From a virus (taxonomy: Duplodnaviria; Caudoviricetes), in the IMG/VR virus record IMGVR_UViG_3300032216_000356, positions 1-53,071 of that record: 53,071 bases of DNA. The stretch is one strand, 5' to 3'. Every line of letters starts with the position of its first letter. The stretch's first letter is position 1. Positions 1 through 11,500 of this stretch are shown one piece after another. The notes under the pieces are model-generated. The model did no database searches and was not told the origin of the DNA. It worked only from the letters and a program-made list of their open reading frames with translations. The position numbers and the translations under genes were made by a program.

Positions 1-278
1 GACTTCTTAAATCCGACCTACGTCGCTTCGAGCTGGGAATATCTAAGATGTTACCTAACGTGCCTCTTAGACAATGTGAATTTGATTGCCTTGTATCTTT
101 TGCCTTTAATCTTGGCTTGGGTACATTTCAGCGATCAACACTCCGTCAAGCGCTTCTTCGTGGCGATAAAAAAGCGGCTATGGAATCGTTAATAAAATAC
201 TGCCGTGCTGGTGGTAAAATACTTAAAGGTCTACAAACTCGTAGATTAGATGAAAAAGCACTCTTTGAAGGTAAATAA
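1..278 (+). CDS. Endolysin, GH24 (T4/P22-like) lysozyme, 5' truncated
   Basis: Frame is open from base 3 (LLKSDLRRFE...). Motifs FDCLVSFAFNLGLG and GGKILKGLQTRRLDEKALF match the GH24 C-terminal half. Confidence 0.88.
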   Translation, partial: LLKSDLRRFELGISKMLPNVPLRQCEFDCLVSFAFNLGLGTFQRSTLRQALLRGDKKAAMESLIKYCRAGGKILKGLQTRRLDEKALFEGK

Positions 279-2263
279 TGCCATTAAGTAAACTTGCGTT
301 TAAACCAGGTATCAATAAAGATCAGACTAATTATGCATCTGAGGGTGGATGGTATTCAATGCAATTAACTAGATTTAGATCTGGCTTTCCCGAAAAGTTT
401 GGTGGTTGGACTGTATCTAATTTAAATGCATATAGTGGTAGTGCTAGATGTGTATTTTCTTGGTCTACTACTGATGGGGCTAATATATTAGGTATCGGTA
501 CTAACTCTAAAATTTATGTAGGTGCAGGTACAGCGTTATATGATATAACACCTATTTATGCAACTTATACCCATTCTACAACACCTTCTACAGATAATTG
601 TATTAGTACTACTTCAGGTTCTAAAACTGTCACTGTAATTATTACAGGAAATGGTGCTACTTCATATACATGGGTAGATTTTAGTGGTATCGTAGGTACA
701 GGCTCCCCTCAAAAAATAGGTGGTATTCCAATCACTGAAATGAATAAATCTGTACAAGTTACAGTTATTGACTCTAATACATTTACTTTTGAAGCTACTA
801 CAGCTGCTACATCTACTACATCAGCTCAAGGCGGGACAGCAATTACAGCGGTTATTTATATGGATGGTGGATGGCCAATTACTACAGCAGGTTATGGTTG
901 GAGTACTTCTACTTGGGGCCGTTTAACTTGGGGTTCTGGATCTACAACACCTGTTTTCCAACCAGCACGTCTAGTATTTATGGATAAGTTTAATAATGAT
1001 TTAATATTTAATACTAGCTACGATACATTAAGTACTTCAGGCGGAGATATTTATTATTGGGTTTACAATACGACATTTAGTAATCGTGCTACATTATTGT
1101 CTGCTGTATCGGGTGCAGTTGCTGTCCCGCAAAAAGTAACTAAAATATTATTTTCACCTCAAGGTTTTTTATTTGCATTTGGGTGCACTAATTATGATCC
1201 AACCGCATCTGCTCCTAATTATTTAGGTGATTATGATCCATTACTTATTAGATGGTCTAATGTAGATCCTGATATAGGCCCTGAACCAGAAAATTGGCAG
1301 CCAACTGTTACTAATACTGCAGGATTTTTAAGAATGCAATCTGGTTCTAGAATTATAACTGCTATTAATACCCGCCAAGAAACTTTAGTATTTACTAATG
1401 TATCATTATCTTCTTTACAATACTTAGGTACACAAGAAGTATTTGGTTTACAAGAGTTATCTCATAACATTTCTATTATTGGCGCAAATGCGGTTGTAGG
1501 ATCTAACAATATCACTTACTGGATGGGTCGAGATAGATTTTATACTTACTCTGGTCGTGTGGATACTTTACCTTGCACATTACGTCAATATATATTTACA
1601 GATATTAATTACACACAAAGTGCTCTTATATTTGCTGGTGTTAACAATAAATTTACAGAAATTATTTGGTTCTATCCTTCAGCTAACTCAAATGAGATTG
1701 ATCGCTATGTTGTATTTAATTATTTAGAAAACATTTGGTACTATGGTCAACTAGAAAGAACTGCATGGATTGATTCTGGTGTATTTAATAACCCTGTCGG
1801 TCTTGATAATGGTTGGGTATATCAGCATGAAAATGGTACCGATGATGGGCAACCTAATGGAGCATCCCCACTTCCTATTACGTCTTATATTCAATCTGCT
1901 GACGTTGATATTGAGGACGGAGATAAATATATGCTTATTCGACGTATTATTCCTGATGTTAACTTTGGTGGATCTGAAACAAATAATCCTGTAACAGGCG
2001 CTGCAATTACACCTCAAGCAACTATTACTGTAGGCGTACGTAATTTTCCAGGCGCTGCTCAATCAACAACTAATGCAGAAGGTAATACAACATCAGCAGA
2101 TATAGTTACTGCATCAGCAACAATTGACCAATATACAAATCAAGTATTTATACGTGCACGGGGTCGTCAAATGAATTTTAAAATTGGTTCAGACACAGTA
2201 GGTACTCAATGGCAACTAGGTTTACCTAGAGTTGATGCACGTCCAGATGGAACAAGATCATAA
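278..2263 (+). CDS. Tail/head-closure (stabilisation, P22 gp10/T7 tubular-B-like) protein
   Basis: 661 aa, beta-rich, with IRWS and YWMGRDRFYTYSG motifs and a C-terminal ARGRQMNFKI...WQLG typical of podovirus tail nozzle proteins. It precedes the ejection genes. Confidence 0.65.
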   Translation: MPLSKLAFKPGINKDQTNYASEGGWYSMQLTRFRSGFPEKFGGWTVSNLNAYSGSARCVFSWSTTDGANILGIGTNSKIYVGAGTALYDITPIYATYTHSTTPSTDNCISTTSGSKTVTVIITGNGATSYTWVDFSGIVGTGSPQKIGGIPITEMNKSVQVTVIDSNTFTFEATTAATSTTSAQGGTAITAVIYMDGGWPITTAGYGWSTSTWGRLTWGSGSTTPVFQPARLVFMDKFNNDLIFNTSYDTLSTSGGDIYYWVYNTTFSNRATLLSAVSGAVAVPQKVTKILFSPQGFLFAFGCTNYDPTASAPNYLGDYDPLLIRWSNVDPDIGPEPENWQPTVTNTAGFLRMQSGSRIITAINTRQETLVFTNVSLSSLQYLGTQEVFGLQELSHNISIIGANAVVGSNNITYWMGRDRFYTYSGRVDTLPCTLRQYIFTDINYTQSALIFAGVNNKFTEIIWFYPSANSNEIDRYVVFNYLENIWYYGQLERTAWIDSGVFNNPVGLDNGWVYQHENGTDDGQPNGASPLPITSYIQSADVDIEDGDKYMLIRRIIPDVNFGGSETNNPVTGAAITPQATITVGVRNFPGAAQSTTNAEGNTTSADIVTASATIDQYTNQVFIRARGRQMNFKIGSDTVGTQWQLGLPRVDARPDGTRS

Positions 2264-2457
2264 TGGCTGAATATATTTTAAAAACAAAAGCACCTAATTT
2301 ACCTATACCTACTATTACTTATAGTCAGACGTATCAAGAAACTTATAGTAATACAGAAAGGCTTTATTTTAATACTTTAGATGCCGCTAATGGGCAAACA
2401 ATTCAAGCAGTTAATAATTTAAATACAATGATGTGGCTTAATACAGGAAGTTTCTAA
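2263..2457 (+). CDS. Small virion-associated hypothetical protein
   Basis: TAATG-coupled to both neighbours in the tail operon. Confidence 0.55.
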   Translation: MAEYILKTKAPNLPIPTITYSQTYQETYSNTERLYFNTLDAANGQTIQAVNNLNTMMWLNTGSF

Positions 2458-2792
2458 TGGCATACGCAAATATAACTCCGTTACAATTAGGTCAAGCAGC
2501 GATGACAACATCGTATGCTACGATATATACAGTGCCTACTAATACAAGAACTTATGTAAAAGATATTACGATTGTTAATACTACGGCAGCTTCTGTTAAT
2601 ATTTATGTGAGTTTAGTAGCTAGTGGTGGCACAGCTGGAACTTCTAATGCTATTTTTTATAGTAATGCATTGCCTGCTAATACTACTGTTCAGTGGACAG
2701 GTTCTCAAATTATGAATGAAGGTGGTACAATCCAAGTTAAAGCGTCAGCAACTGGCTGTACAATAACAACAACTGGCGGAGAAGCAGTCTAA
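2457..2792 (+). CDS. Putative tail/virion structural protein
   Basis: 111 aa, Thr/Ala-rich beta-strand protein, translationally coupled. Confidence 0.55.
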   Translation: MAYANITPLQLGQAAMTTSYATIYTVPTNTRTYVKDITIVNTTAASVNIYVSLVASGGTAGTSNAIFYSNALPANTTVQWTGSQIMNEGGTIQVKASATGCTITTTGGEAV

Positions 2793-3568
2793 TGAGTATT
2801 CAATATTTTCCTCCTATTGCGGGTTCTACTAGTTCTGTTGCTTCAGCGCCTTGGGAAATACAAGTTGCTCGTGGTCTAGTTTCTGGTGCTAGTCAACTTA
2901 ATATTTTTGCTTATTCGGATACTGTTAAAACCACTTTTTATACTTTGTGGGAACTAACTGGCACTACGCAATACGCATTTCCTACATCTGCGGTAACAAT
3001 GACTCTTGTTAGTACTTCTGCCTCTGACAATACAAGAGCAACAATTCTTGTTAGTGGGCTTGATTCAAGTTGGAACTTAATAACTGAAACTGTAACTTTA
3101 AATGGTACAACAAATGTAACCACAACTAATAGTTTTTTACGTATTAATTCTATGATTATGACAAGTACGGGTACAGGACAAACTACTAACGTAGGCACAA
3201 TTACAGCAAAAAATGGTGGCATTACCTACTCTCAAATTAACATAGGGGTAGGTAGGTCTCAAGCTGGGGTATATTCAGTACCTAATGGCTATACCATGTA
3301 CCTTACTTCAATTAATGCTTTTAATGGTGACGCTGCGGCAGGCAATGCAATTAATTATCAAGTAAAAAGCACTAATAATGCGCAAACTAATCCAGTAACA
3401 TTAACTGTATTACAAACAGCTTGGGATCAAAGATACCAAGTAATAAGAAATAATCCATTTCCATATACCCAAAAAACCGATCTTCAATGGCAGTTTTCCA
3501 CCGCAAGCGGAACGCATATTGTAGGATTGATTTTGCAAGGTGTTTTAATATCCAATACAGCATCTTAA
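2792..3568 (+). CDS. Putative tail fibre/spike-associated structural protein
   Basis: 258 aa, Thr/Ser-rich, in the structural operon. Confidence 0.5.
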   Translation: MSIQYFPPIAGSTSSVASAPWEIQVARGLVSGASQLNIFAYSDTVKTTFYTLWELTGTTQYAFPTSAVTMTLVSTSASDNTRATILVSGLDSSWNLITETVTLNGTTNVTTTNSFLRINSMIMTSTGTGQTTNVGTITAKNGGITYSQINIGVGRSQAGVYSVPNGYTMYLTSINAFNGDAAAGNAINYQVKSTNNAQTNPVTLTVLQTAWDQRYQVIRNNPFPYTQKTDLQWQFSTASGTHIVGLILQGVLISNTAS

Positions 3569-3604
3569 TATGATACAATTACCCAAAATTAAGGACTTTT
3601 CTTT

Positions 3605-5329
3605 ATGGACTATACATCAAATCAATCAGCACAAGGTTTAGCATCTTTAGGTCGAAATAACGATTCGATGCTTGTTCACATGACCCCAAGAGAAGTAGGG
3701 GGCTTACAACAATTAGCTATGGCTCATGGTGGGTCTTTAACTATTAATCCTCAAACAGGTCTTCCTGAAGCTGGCTTTTTAGATTCTATTATTCCTTTAG
3801 TAGGGGGCGCAGCTTTATCTCCATTTATGGGTCCTATGGCAGCTGGTCTTTTAGTAGGCGGTGTAACTGCATTAGCATCAGGTGATATTAGTAAAGGTCT
3901 TATGGCCGGTCTTGGTGGTTTTGGTGGCGCTGACTTAGCTAAAACATTTGGTGCTATGGGCGCTAGTGGCGGTATTCCAGTAGGCGCGGGTACAGATGCT
4001 GTAAAAGCAGGGATTGCTGACAGTCTCCCAATGGGTGCAGCTGAAAATATTAGTATGTTTACTCCAAATGGTGTTGCTGGTGCTCAATCCGGTATATTAG
4101 GTGGTGCTCAATCTTCTTTAGGTCCTTTACAAGCAGGAGCTAATACTCCTAATTTATATCAAGGTGCTAAAAGTATGTTTGACACTGCTGGTACACAAAA
4201 TCAAATTTTAGGTGGTATTGGGCCACAAACAGTTGCTGGTGGTGGAGGTTCTTCTGCAACTACAGAATTAGCTAAATCATTAGGTGGTACAGGTAATACT
4301 TATGGTGAAATAGGTAAAGGTATCGGAGATTTTGCTTCTGATCCATTAGGTCAATGGGATAAATTTAAACAAGCAGGGGGTACTCCGATGAAGTTAGCTG
4401 GCCCTGCAGTAGGTTTAGCATTAAGTGGCATGGAACCTGAAGTACCAGAACCGTATGTAGATCCTGATAAAGGTAAATGGAGAGGTCCTCAAGGTCAACT
4501 TAATTTAAGTGATAAATGGAGTACAGGTTTACGATTAGCAGCACAAGGTGGAGAAATTAAATCGTATCAATTAGGAGGTCCTGTAGGTAATCCTTCTGTA
4601 GGCGGTGGCTTAGCTGATTTATATAATAGACCTGAAGGTCAAACAATGGAAAATATTTCTGAAGATGGGTATGGTATTGCCCGTTTAAATAATTTAGCTT
4701 CACAAGAATCTATGCAAGGTGCTAGAACATTAGGTTATGCTGACGGTGGAGGAGTAGTTGCTAGCGATAAAGGTATGAATATGAATGGTCTTCCTACTTT
4801 AAATTTAAATTTTGTTAGTAAACCTGCAGATCCTATACTTGATAAAATTCAAACAGATCGTAATAGCCCTTTTGGTTCTATGATGGGTAGTGCTATTCGT
4901 AGTACAAATAATAATCCTTTTGGATTTGTAACAAGCAATACGGGAAATAGTAGTAGTCCTTTTATGAATATGATGGCATTAGGGGGTAAAGACAATTCAG
5001 CTCTAGCTCCAGCCCCAACACCTAAGTCATATGCATTAAATCTTATTTCAGGTAAACAAGAACCTCAATATGCTCATGGTGGATATTTAAATGGTCAAGG
5101 TGATGGTATGTCTGATTCTATCCCTGCTACTATTGAAGGTAAGCAACCAGCTCGATTAGCAGATGGTGAATTTGTAGTCCCTGCAGATGTTGTAAGTCAT
5201 ATCGGTAATGGGTCATCTAAAGCAGGGTCAAAAAGACTTTATGCTATGTTAGATAAAGTAAGACAGGCTAGAACAGGAACTAAAAAGCAAGGTAAAGAAA
5301 TTAATCCTGCTAAATACATGCCTGCATGA
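3605..5329 (+). CDS. Internal virion/ejection protein
   Basis: Gly/Ala-rich with a hydrophobic segment. N-terminal GRNNDSMLVH..INPQTGLPE and C-terminal GDGMSDSIPA..ARLADGEFVVPADVV motifs are typical of podovirus ejection proteins. Confidence 0.65.
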   Translation: MDYTSNQSAQGLASLGRNNDSMLVHMTPREVGGLQQLAMAHGGSLTINPQTGLPEAGFLDSIIPLVGGAALSPFMGPMAAGLLVGGVTALASGDISKGLMAGLGGFGGADLAKTFGAMGASGGIPVGAGTDAVKAGIADSLPMGAAENISMFTPNGVAGAQSGILGGAQSSLGPLQAGANTPNLYQGAKSMFDTAGTQNQILGGIGPQTVAGGGGSSATTELAKSLGGTGNTYGEIGKGIGDFASDPLGQWDKFKQAGGTPMKLAGPAVGLALSGMEPEVPEPYVDPDKGKWRGPQGQLNLSDKWSTGLRLAAQGGEIKSYQLGGPVGNPSVGGGLADLYNRPEGQTMENISEDGYGIARLNNLASQESMQGARTLGYADGGGVVASDKGMNMNGLPTLNLNFVSKPADPILDKIQTDRNSPFGSMMGSAIRSTNNNPFGFVTSNTGNSSSPFMNMMALGGKDNSALAPAPTPKSYALNLISGKQEPQYAHGGYLNGQGDGMSDSIPATIEGKQPARLADGEFVVPADVVSHIGNGSSKAGSKRLYAMLDKVRQARTGTKKQGKEINPAKYMPA

Positions 5330-5739
5330 AGTCAGTACAAATAGTAGCGCCAAGCCATATCCATTTAGTATGGCCAACAGTGCGTGGATTACTTAATATT
5401 GCAATTATAAATTTTGATAATGCTGATTATGATGTTGAGCATTTAAAAGTTTTACTAATAAAAGAATATCAATTATTGTTTGTAGTATTAGAAAATGAAA
5501 ATATTATTGGTGCATTTACAGTAGAGATAATTAATCAACCTAACCATAAAATTGCGCATACAACATGTATGGGTGGAAAAGGATTGTTTGATAGTAATAC
5601 AGTAAAACAATATGAAGACTGGTGTAAAGGGAATGGTATTACAAAAATTAGAGCTTATGCTCAAGATTCACAAGCAAGATTATTTAAAATTAAATTAGGA
5701 CTTGAAAAAGTCACAAACGTAGTGGAGAAAACTTTATGA
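5326..5739 (+). CDS. Possible acetyltransferase-fold virion assembly protein
   Basis: 137 aa located between ejection genes, where podoviruses often carry a GNAT-like gene. Fold inferred from position and general pattern only. Confidence 0.4.
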   Translation: MKSVQIVAPSHIHLVWPTVRGLLNIAIINFDNADYDVEHLKVLLIKEYQLLFVVLENENIIGAFTVEIINQPNHKIAHTTCMGGKGLFDSNTVKQYEDWCKGNGITKIRAYAQDSQARLFKIKLGLEKVTNVVEKTL

Positions 5740-6821
5740 TTAATTTGTTTAACTGGGTAGAAAAGTTTATTGACTTTTTTACATTAGGTGTAGGTGGAGG
5801 CTCTAAAGGAGGTGGAGGTGGAGGTAATTCTACTCAAACTTCTTATTCTACTAACTTACCTGAATATGCAAAACCATTTTACGAAGAACTATTAAAACAA
5901 ACTGGTAAGCAAGTTTATTCTACTGATACTGAGGGTAACGTAACAGGCGTTAATCCATACACACCATATACAGGCGAGCGTGTAGCTGCATTTAGTCCAG
6001 GTCAGACAGCAGTTCAAGGTGAAGTAGCTGGAATGAAAACACCAGGTCAATTTGGTTCTGCAGCTTCTGGATTAAATTTAGGTCAAACAATGGGTTTTGG
6101 TGCTGGTGCTGCGGGTTTAGGCCAAGCATTTTCATATGATCCTAGTAAAACTCCTATATTTAGTAGATCTGCGGCTTCTTATTATGCTGATCCTTATGCT
6201 TCTGGTGTTACAGATATTGCAGTTCGTGAAGCGGAAAGAAAAGGCGAGTTAGATAAAACAGCTGGTGCACTAGGTGCTATTAATCGTGGCACATTTGGTG
6301 GCGCTAGAAATACATTAATGCAAGCTGAACAACAACGTAATTTAAATCAAAATATTGGTGATATTAGAGCTAAAGGCGCTGAACAAGCATATCAAAATGC
6401 TCAACAACAATTTAATGCAGATGTAAATAGACAACAACAGGCTCAGCAATATGGCGCTAGTTTAGGTTCACAAATTGGTCTTGCTGGTCTTCAAGCTGGT
6501 ATTGATACTTCAGGTAAACAAGGCGCGTTAGGTGCAGCAGAACAAACAGCTAATCTTGAAAGACTCAAAGCACAAGCTGCTTCAGCAGGGGAACAACAAG
6601 CTTATCAACAACAAATTGATGACCTTAAATATCAACAATTCATGGACCAACAAAACTATCAAAAATCTCAACTTGATTATTTATCACAAATTCTTCGTGG
6701 TAATGCAGCAGCTCTCGGCACAACTCAAGTATCTTATGCACCAGCACCAAGTTTAGCTTCACAATTAGGTGGTGTAGGTTTAGCAGGACTTGGTCTTTAT
6801 AACGTTTTAAATAAAGGATAA
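5736..6821 (+). CDS. DNA transfer/pilot (ejection) protein
   Basis: GGGSKGGGGG N-terminus, Q/A-rich coiled coil, GTFGGAR motif and a hydrophobic C-terminus. Confidence 0.65.
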   Translation: MINLFNWVEKFIDFFTLGVGGGSKGGGGGGNSTQTSYSTNLPEYAKPFYEELLKQTGKQVYSTDTEGNVTGVNPYTPYTGERVAAFSPGQTAVQGEVAGMKTPGQFGSAASGLNLGQTMGFGAGAAGLGQAFSYDPSKTPIFSRSAASYYADPYASGVTDIAVREAERKGELDKTAGALGAINRGTFGGARNTLMQAEQQRNLNQNIGDIRAKGAEQAYQNAQQQFNADVNRQQQAQQYGASLGSQIGLAGLQAGIDTSGKQGALGAAEQTANLERLKAQAASAGEQQAYQQQIDDLKYQQFMDQQNYQKSQLDYLSQILRGNAAALGTTQVSYAPAPSLASQLGGVGLAGLGLYNVLNKG

Positions 6822-6823
6822 GT

Positions 6824-8524
6824 ATGAACATCGTTAAGCTACAGAATATGCTACGAGGCGTCGCTGATGATGCTTTAATTAATTATGTTCAAAATCCATC
6901 AGGTGAAGTTCCTAGTTACTTAGCTTTATCCGAATTACAACGACGTAAAGATACACGTGCGCAATATGAAGCACAAAAAGCTCCAGAAACAAGTGTTGCA
7001 GAAGATTTAGAACAACAAACATCTCAACAAGATCAAGGTGGCCTTGCAATGCTAGCTGGTCAATCTCAACCGCAAGGTATATCTGAAGGTGTTGCTGGTA
7101 TGCCTGTTGATGAAAATATGTATCAAGATAAAAATTTTGCTGCTGGCGGTATTATTGCATTTGATGATGGTGGTGATGTTAAAAATTATGCTGGCCCTGA
7201 AGGCAGCTATGTACGGTCAGAAGACTATGACCCTATGGAACAATATAGAAAAACTAGACAACTTGGCGCAGCTAATTTAGTAGCTAGAAAATATAATGCT
7301 CCTACACAGTCAGTAACTGAAGCAGGTATTAAGACACCTTATGATGATGCAATTGCTTATTATAAATCTTTACCGTCATTGTCTGATAAGAAAACAATAC
7401 TTCCAGGTGGCATGATTGCAGGGGAAGGTGGGTCACAATATGATAAAGCACTAAGTGATCTTGAAGCTCGTAGAGCTGCTTGGCTATCTGGATCAAAAGA
7501 CCCATATACTAAAAACTCTCCTATAGGTTCTAAACTTAATCCTTATGGTACAGAACTTACTAAAGGTGAAGTAGCTATTAATGATAAACTTGGAATTGAG
7601 GGTGATAAGCAAGCTAAATTAAATGATAAAAAGCATATGACAGGATTAGAGCTTTTATCAGAAGAAGAGAAAGCTAAGCTAAATAAAGGTAAACCTAAAG
7701 TTGAAGTTCCTGTAAAAGATAAACCTATAAATGTATTGCCTGAAGATGAAACTAAAGCCCCTATTACAGCTGAGTCACAAATTGAAAGGCTTAAAAAACT
7801 TTTAGGTGATGATCCTAGTAGAACAGAACTTAAAGATAAACTTAGTGCTATGGAAAAACGTGCTGCTAAACAAGAAGAATTAGCTCCATGGATGGCTCTT
7901 ACAGAAGCTGGATTTAAAACGATGCAAGGTACATCACCATACGCATTAGCTAACGTAGGTGCAGGAGCTGAAGCTGGTCTTAAATCATATGGCGCTGCTC
8001 AAGATAAACTTGCTGCATTAGAAGAAAAAAGATACGCTCTTATGAATGAAGCTGCTAAAGCTGATCGCGCAGAGAAACTTGCTGTTGTATCTAAAGGTTT
8101 TGAAAGTGAAGATGCTGCGTTGGCAAGGGCACAGAAAGATAGAATTGCTAATATGAATGCTGATCTTGAAAAAGAAAAATTGAAGATAACTAAAGAGCTT
8201 GGTTATGCTAAGATCAATTCTGATGCTAAGTTATTACAGCAAGCTAACTTTGGATTAAAAGATCAAGCAGCTATTGATAAGTATGTTAAAACTAAACTAG
8301 GTGATACTAATGCAATGATGTTATCCACTTTAAAAAATACTGATCCAACTAAATTAACACCTAAGAGAAAACAACTTTTAGATAGTTTACTTAAACAGGA
8401 ACAATCTTATATCCAAGAAGCTGAACAAAAATTCTCAGTAAATGCTTTATCAGGAAGAGCTAAACCTGGTATGGCTAATACTCAATTTAAATCTAGTGAT
8501 TTCACAGTAGAGGCACTAGACTAA
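6824..8524 (+). CDS. Internal virion/ejection protein
   Basis: 566 aa, helical/coiled-coil, with FAAGG-type motifs, positioned just before the giant ejection protein. Confidence 0.55.
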   Translation: MNIVKLQNMLRGVADDALINYVQNPSGEVPSYLALSELQRRKDTRAQYEAQKAPETSVAEDLEQQTSQQDQGGLAMLAGQSQPQGISEGVAGMPVDENMYQDKNFAAGGIIAFDDGGDVKNYAGPEGSYVRSEDYDPMEQYRKTRQLGAANLVARKYNAPTQSVTEAGIKTPYDDAIAYYKSLPSLSDKKTILPGGMIAGEGGSQYDKALSDLEARRAAWLSGSKDPYTKNSPIGSKLNPYGTELTKGEVAINDKLGIEGDKQAKLNDKKHMTGLELLSEEEKAKLNKGKPKVEVPVKDKPINVLPEDETKAPITAESQIERLKKLLGDDPSRTELKDKLSAMEKRAAKQEELAPWMALTEAGFKTMQGTSPYALANVGAGAEAGLKSYGAAQDKLAALEEKRYALMNEAAKADRAEKLAVVSKGFESEDAALARAQKDRIANMNADLEKEKLKITKELGYAKINSDAKLLQQANFGLKDQAAIDKYVKTKLGDTNAMMLSTLKNTDPTKLTPKRKQLLDSLLKQEQSYIQEAEQKFSVNALSGRAKPGMANTQFKSSDFTVEALD

Positions 8525-8528
8525 TATA

Positions 8529-11500
8529 ATGGCACGCTATAAAGTAACAGGTCCTGACGGGAAACAATATTTAATTAATGGTCCTGCAGGGGCTAGTAAA
8601 GAACAAATTTTAGGCGTGCTTCAAGAAAAACTTAGTACACCAATAGAAGAACCTAAACAAACTACAACAGACGTAGCACCAGACGCAACGCTTGGTGAAG
8701 ATTTAAAAGATTTAGGTATTAGTGCTACACAAGGTATCCTAGGTCTTAAAGAAGGTGTAACTGGTATCGCTGACATTCCTACATTTGGTATGGCAGGTAA
8801 AGGTGTAGCCGCAGCTGAGAAAGCTATATTTGGTGGTACTTCCCAAGAAGCAAAAGAAAAACTTCAACAACTTAAATCTGCAGAAGCTCAACAACAAGAA
8901 AAAGAAATTGCTGAAACTAAAGGCTTTGTTCCTACAGCTAAAGCATATCTACAAAGACCTGGTGCATTAGCTGGTGTTATTACTGAATCTGTTCCTAGTA
9001 TGCTAGGCGGTGCAGGTATTGCACGAGGTGTTATTGCTGGTACAGCTAAAAAAGTTGCTCCTCTTATTGCCGGTGCTATTGGTGAAGGCGCTATTACATC
9101 TGGTTCTATTGCTGAATCTGTTCGACAAAAATCTGAAGACGGTTTATTATCTCCTGGCCAAGTAGGCGCAGCTACACTTGCTGGTGTTTTTACTGGCGGT
9201 TTAGGTGTATTTGGTGGTAAGGTTGCTCAAAAATTAGGTATTGCAGATATAGATACTTTACTTGCTGGTGGTGCTTCTGAAGCACAAAAAAAAGGTATTT
9301 TAAAAGCAGCTATTGAAGGCGTTTTATCTGAAGGTGTATTAGAAGAGTTACCTCAATCCTTACAAGAACAAGCTATGCAAAACTTAGCTGAAGGAAGGCC
9401 ATGGAGCGAAGGTATATCTGAAGCTGGTGCAAGTGGTATGCTAGCTGGTATGTTTATGGGTGGCCCTGCTAGTGCATTAGCACAAATTAAAACTAATAAA
9501 CAAATTGCGTTAGATAACTTTAAACCGCCTGTTAAAACTGAAGAGGAGGAAAAGAAACCTGCTACAATATTAACTAAGGAGGAACCTTCTGGTCAAGAAA
9601 GCCTAGCAAGTACAATACTTAAAAGAGCTAAGGTTAATGTCGAGGGTGCAATTGATGAGCAACTTAAATCAAGAAAATCTAGAAAGGGCATTCCAATATC
9701 TGGAGGATCCACAGATGGAGCTGCCGGAATCACTGAAACAGATGACGGAGCTGGATTGGTTAGCAGCGGAATTAATACTCAGTCAACTCAGGCTGGAGCA
9801 GGAACACAGCCAAGTACATTAACACCTGAACAATTAGCAACTGATATTAATAAATCTGGTTTAGAATTTAAAAACCCTGCTCAATTAAGAAAATATATTA
9901 CATCTAAAGCAACTAAAGTTGGTCTTGCTCAATTAGAGTTAGATAATAAAGGTTTAGTTAAAGACCTCTTTGACCAATATAAAGAACAGCTAAAAGAAAA
10001 ACCACTAGCTGAACGAGTACTCAATCTAGAAAATCAACAAGAGTTAGATCAACAGCAACTTGATAATCTACATCCATATCTAAAAACAATAAGTCCTTAT
10101 GCTAAAGAAGCTCCTCTTAATAAAGAAAATGGTATTAAGTCTGCGGCTATTGAAGATGCATTTGATACTATAGATACAGCTAATATTAAAGCTGTTAAAC
10201 AAGCATTAGTTAATCTTGCGAGGGATAAAACAACTCAAGCATTAGCAGATAGAAAAGCTAATATTGATAAATTAATGCAAGAACAAAGAATTACTCGTAC
10301 AAAAGCTACAGAGATAGTAGGTCCTGCTGAAGATTATACTTATTCAAGTTTACGCCCTACCGAGTTCATGTCTAAAGATGAACTTAATGTTTTAATAAAA
10401 GAAAATGAAGGTACTAGAAAATTAAACAATGACAGAGCAGCAGAAGCTAAAGCTCGTGAAGACTTTATTAATACGCTAACTGAAGACGAAAGAGCATCAT
10501 TAGAACAACAAAAATACGATGCAATCAATAGAGAATTAGAATCTAATAGACAGCAAGTTATTAATGAGCAATTACTCAAGAAACAAGAGACTCAGAAAAA
10601 ACAAGTTGCTGCTGAAGTAGAAGAACAAACACAAGAAGTAGCTGCTAAACCTATAGCAGATGTTATGCCTTTGACTGAAACAGAAGGTCAGATTCTTGGT
10701 AAGGGTGAGCGGATTGTTAATAAGGCTGTTAATTCTGCTCTATCTAATAATAAACCATTCCTTGATGTACTTAAAGATATTGCTGGCGGAGAGTTCAATA
10801 AATACTTTTCATATCAAACAGTAGCTGATATGTTGCAACAAAAAATATCTGTACTATCTAAACCAAAAGGTATGGGTGTGAAAGGTACGCAATTACCTAC
10901 AATTAAGTACGGTACTGTTGAAAAAGGTAAACCAGGTAAGTTTGATCCAGCTACTAACACAATTACAATTGACCCTAATAATGCTAAAAACCTAGATATG
11001 GGTCGGGTCATTACGCATGAAACATTGCACTATATGCTAGATCATATTATTGATAATCCTAAAAACTTATCTGAAGGTCAAAAGAATTCTCTTAAGCGTT
11101 TAAAAGAACTTCATAAACAAGTTAAAGATAAGTTAGGCAATCAGTTCGATATTCCTAATCTAAAAGAATTTGTTGCAGAAGCATTTACTAATAGTGAATT
11201 TCAAAAAGCTCTAGCTAGCCTTCGTCCAGCGCCAGGTAGTAAGTTATATAGAACTGCAGCTGATATTGTATGGAAGATTTCTAAAGCGATTGTTGGTGCA
11301 TTAGGACTACGTTTAAATACTGTTAAGCCTGTCATACTAGAAGAAACAATTGACATGGTATCTAGCATCATTACTGATAAAGCATATACATTACCTACGG
11401 CAACTATGATAGGTAAGAAAGTATCCTACGCGCCTAAACAAGCAGGGCAACCTAAAGCTGTTGTTGATCCAAAACAACGTAAGAAAGACCTAACAGTACA

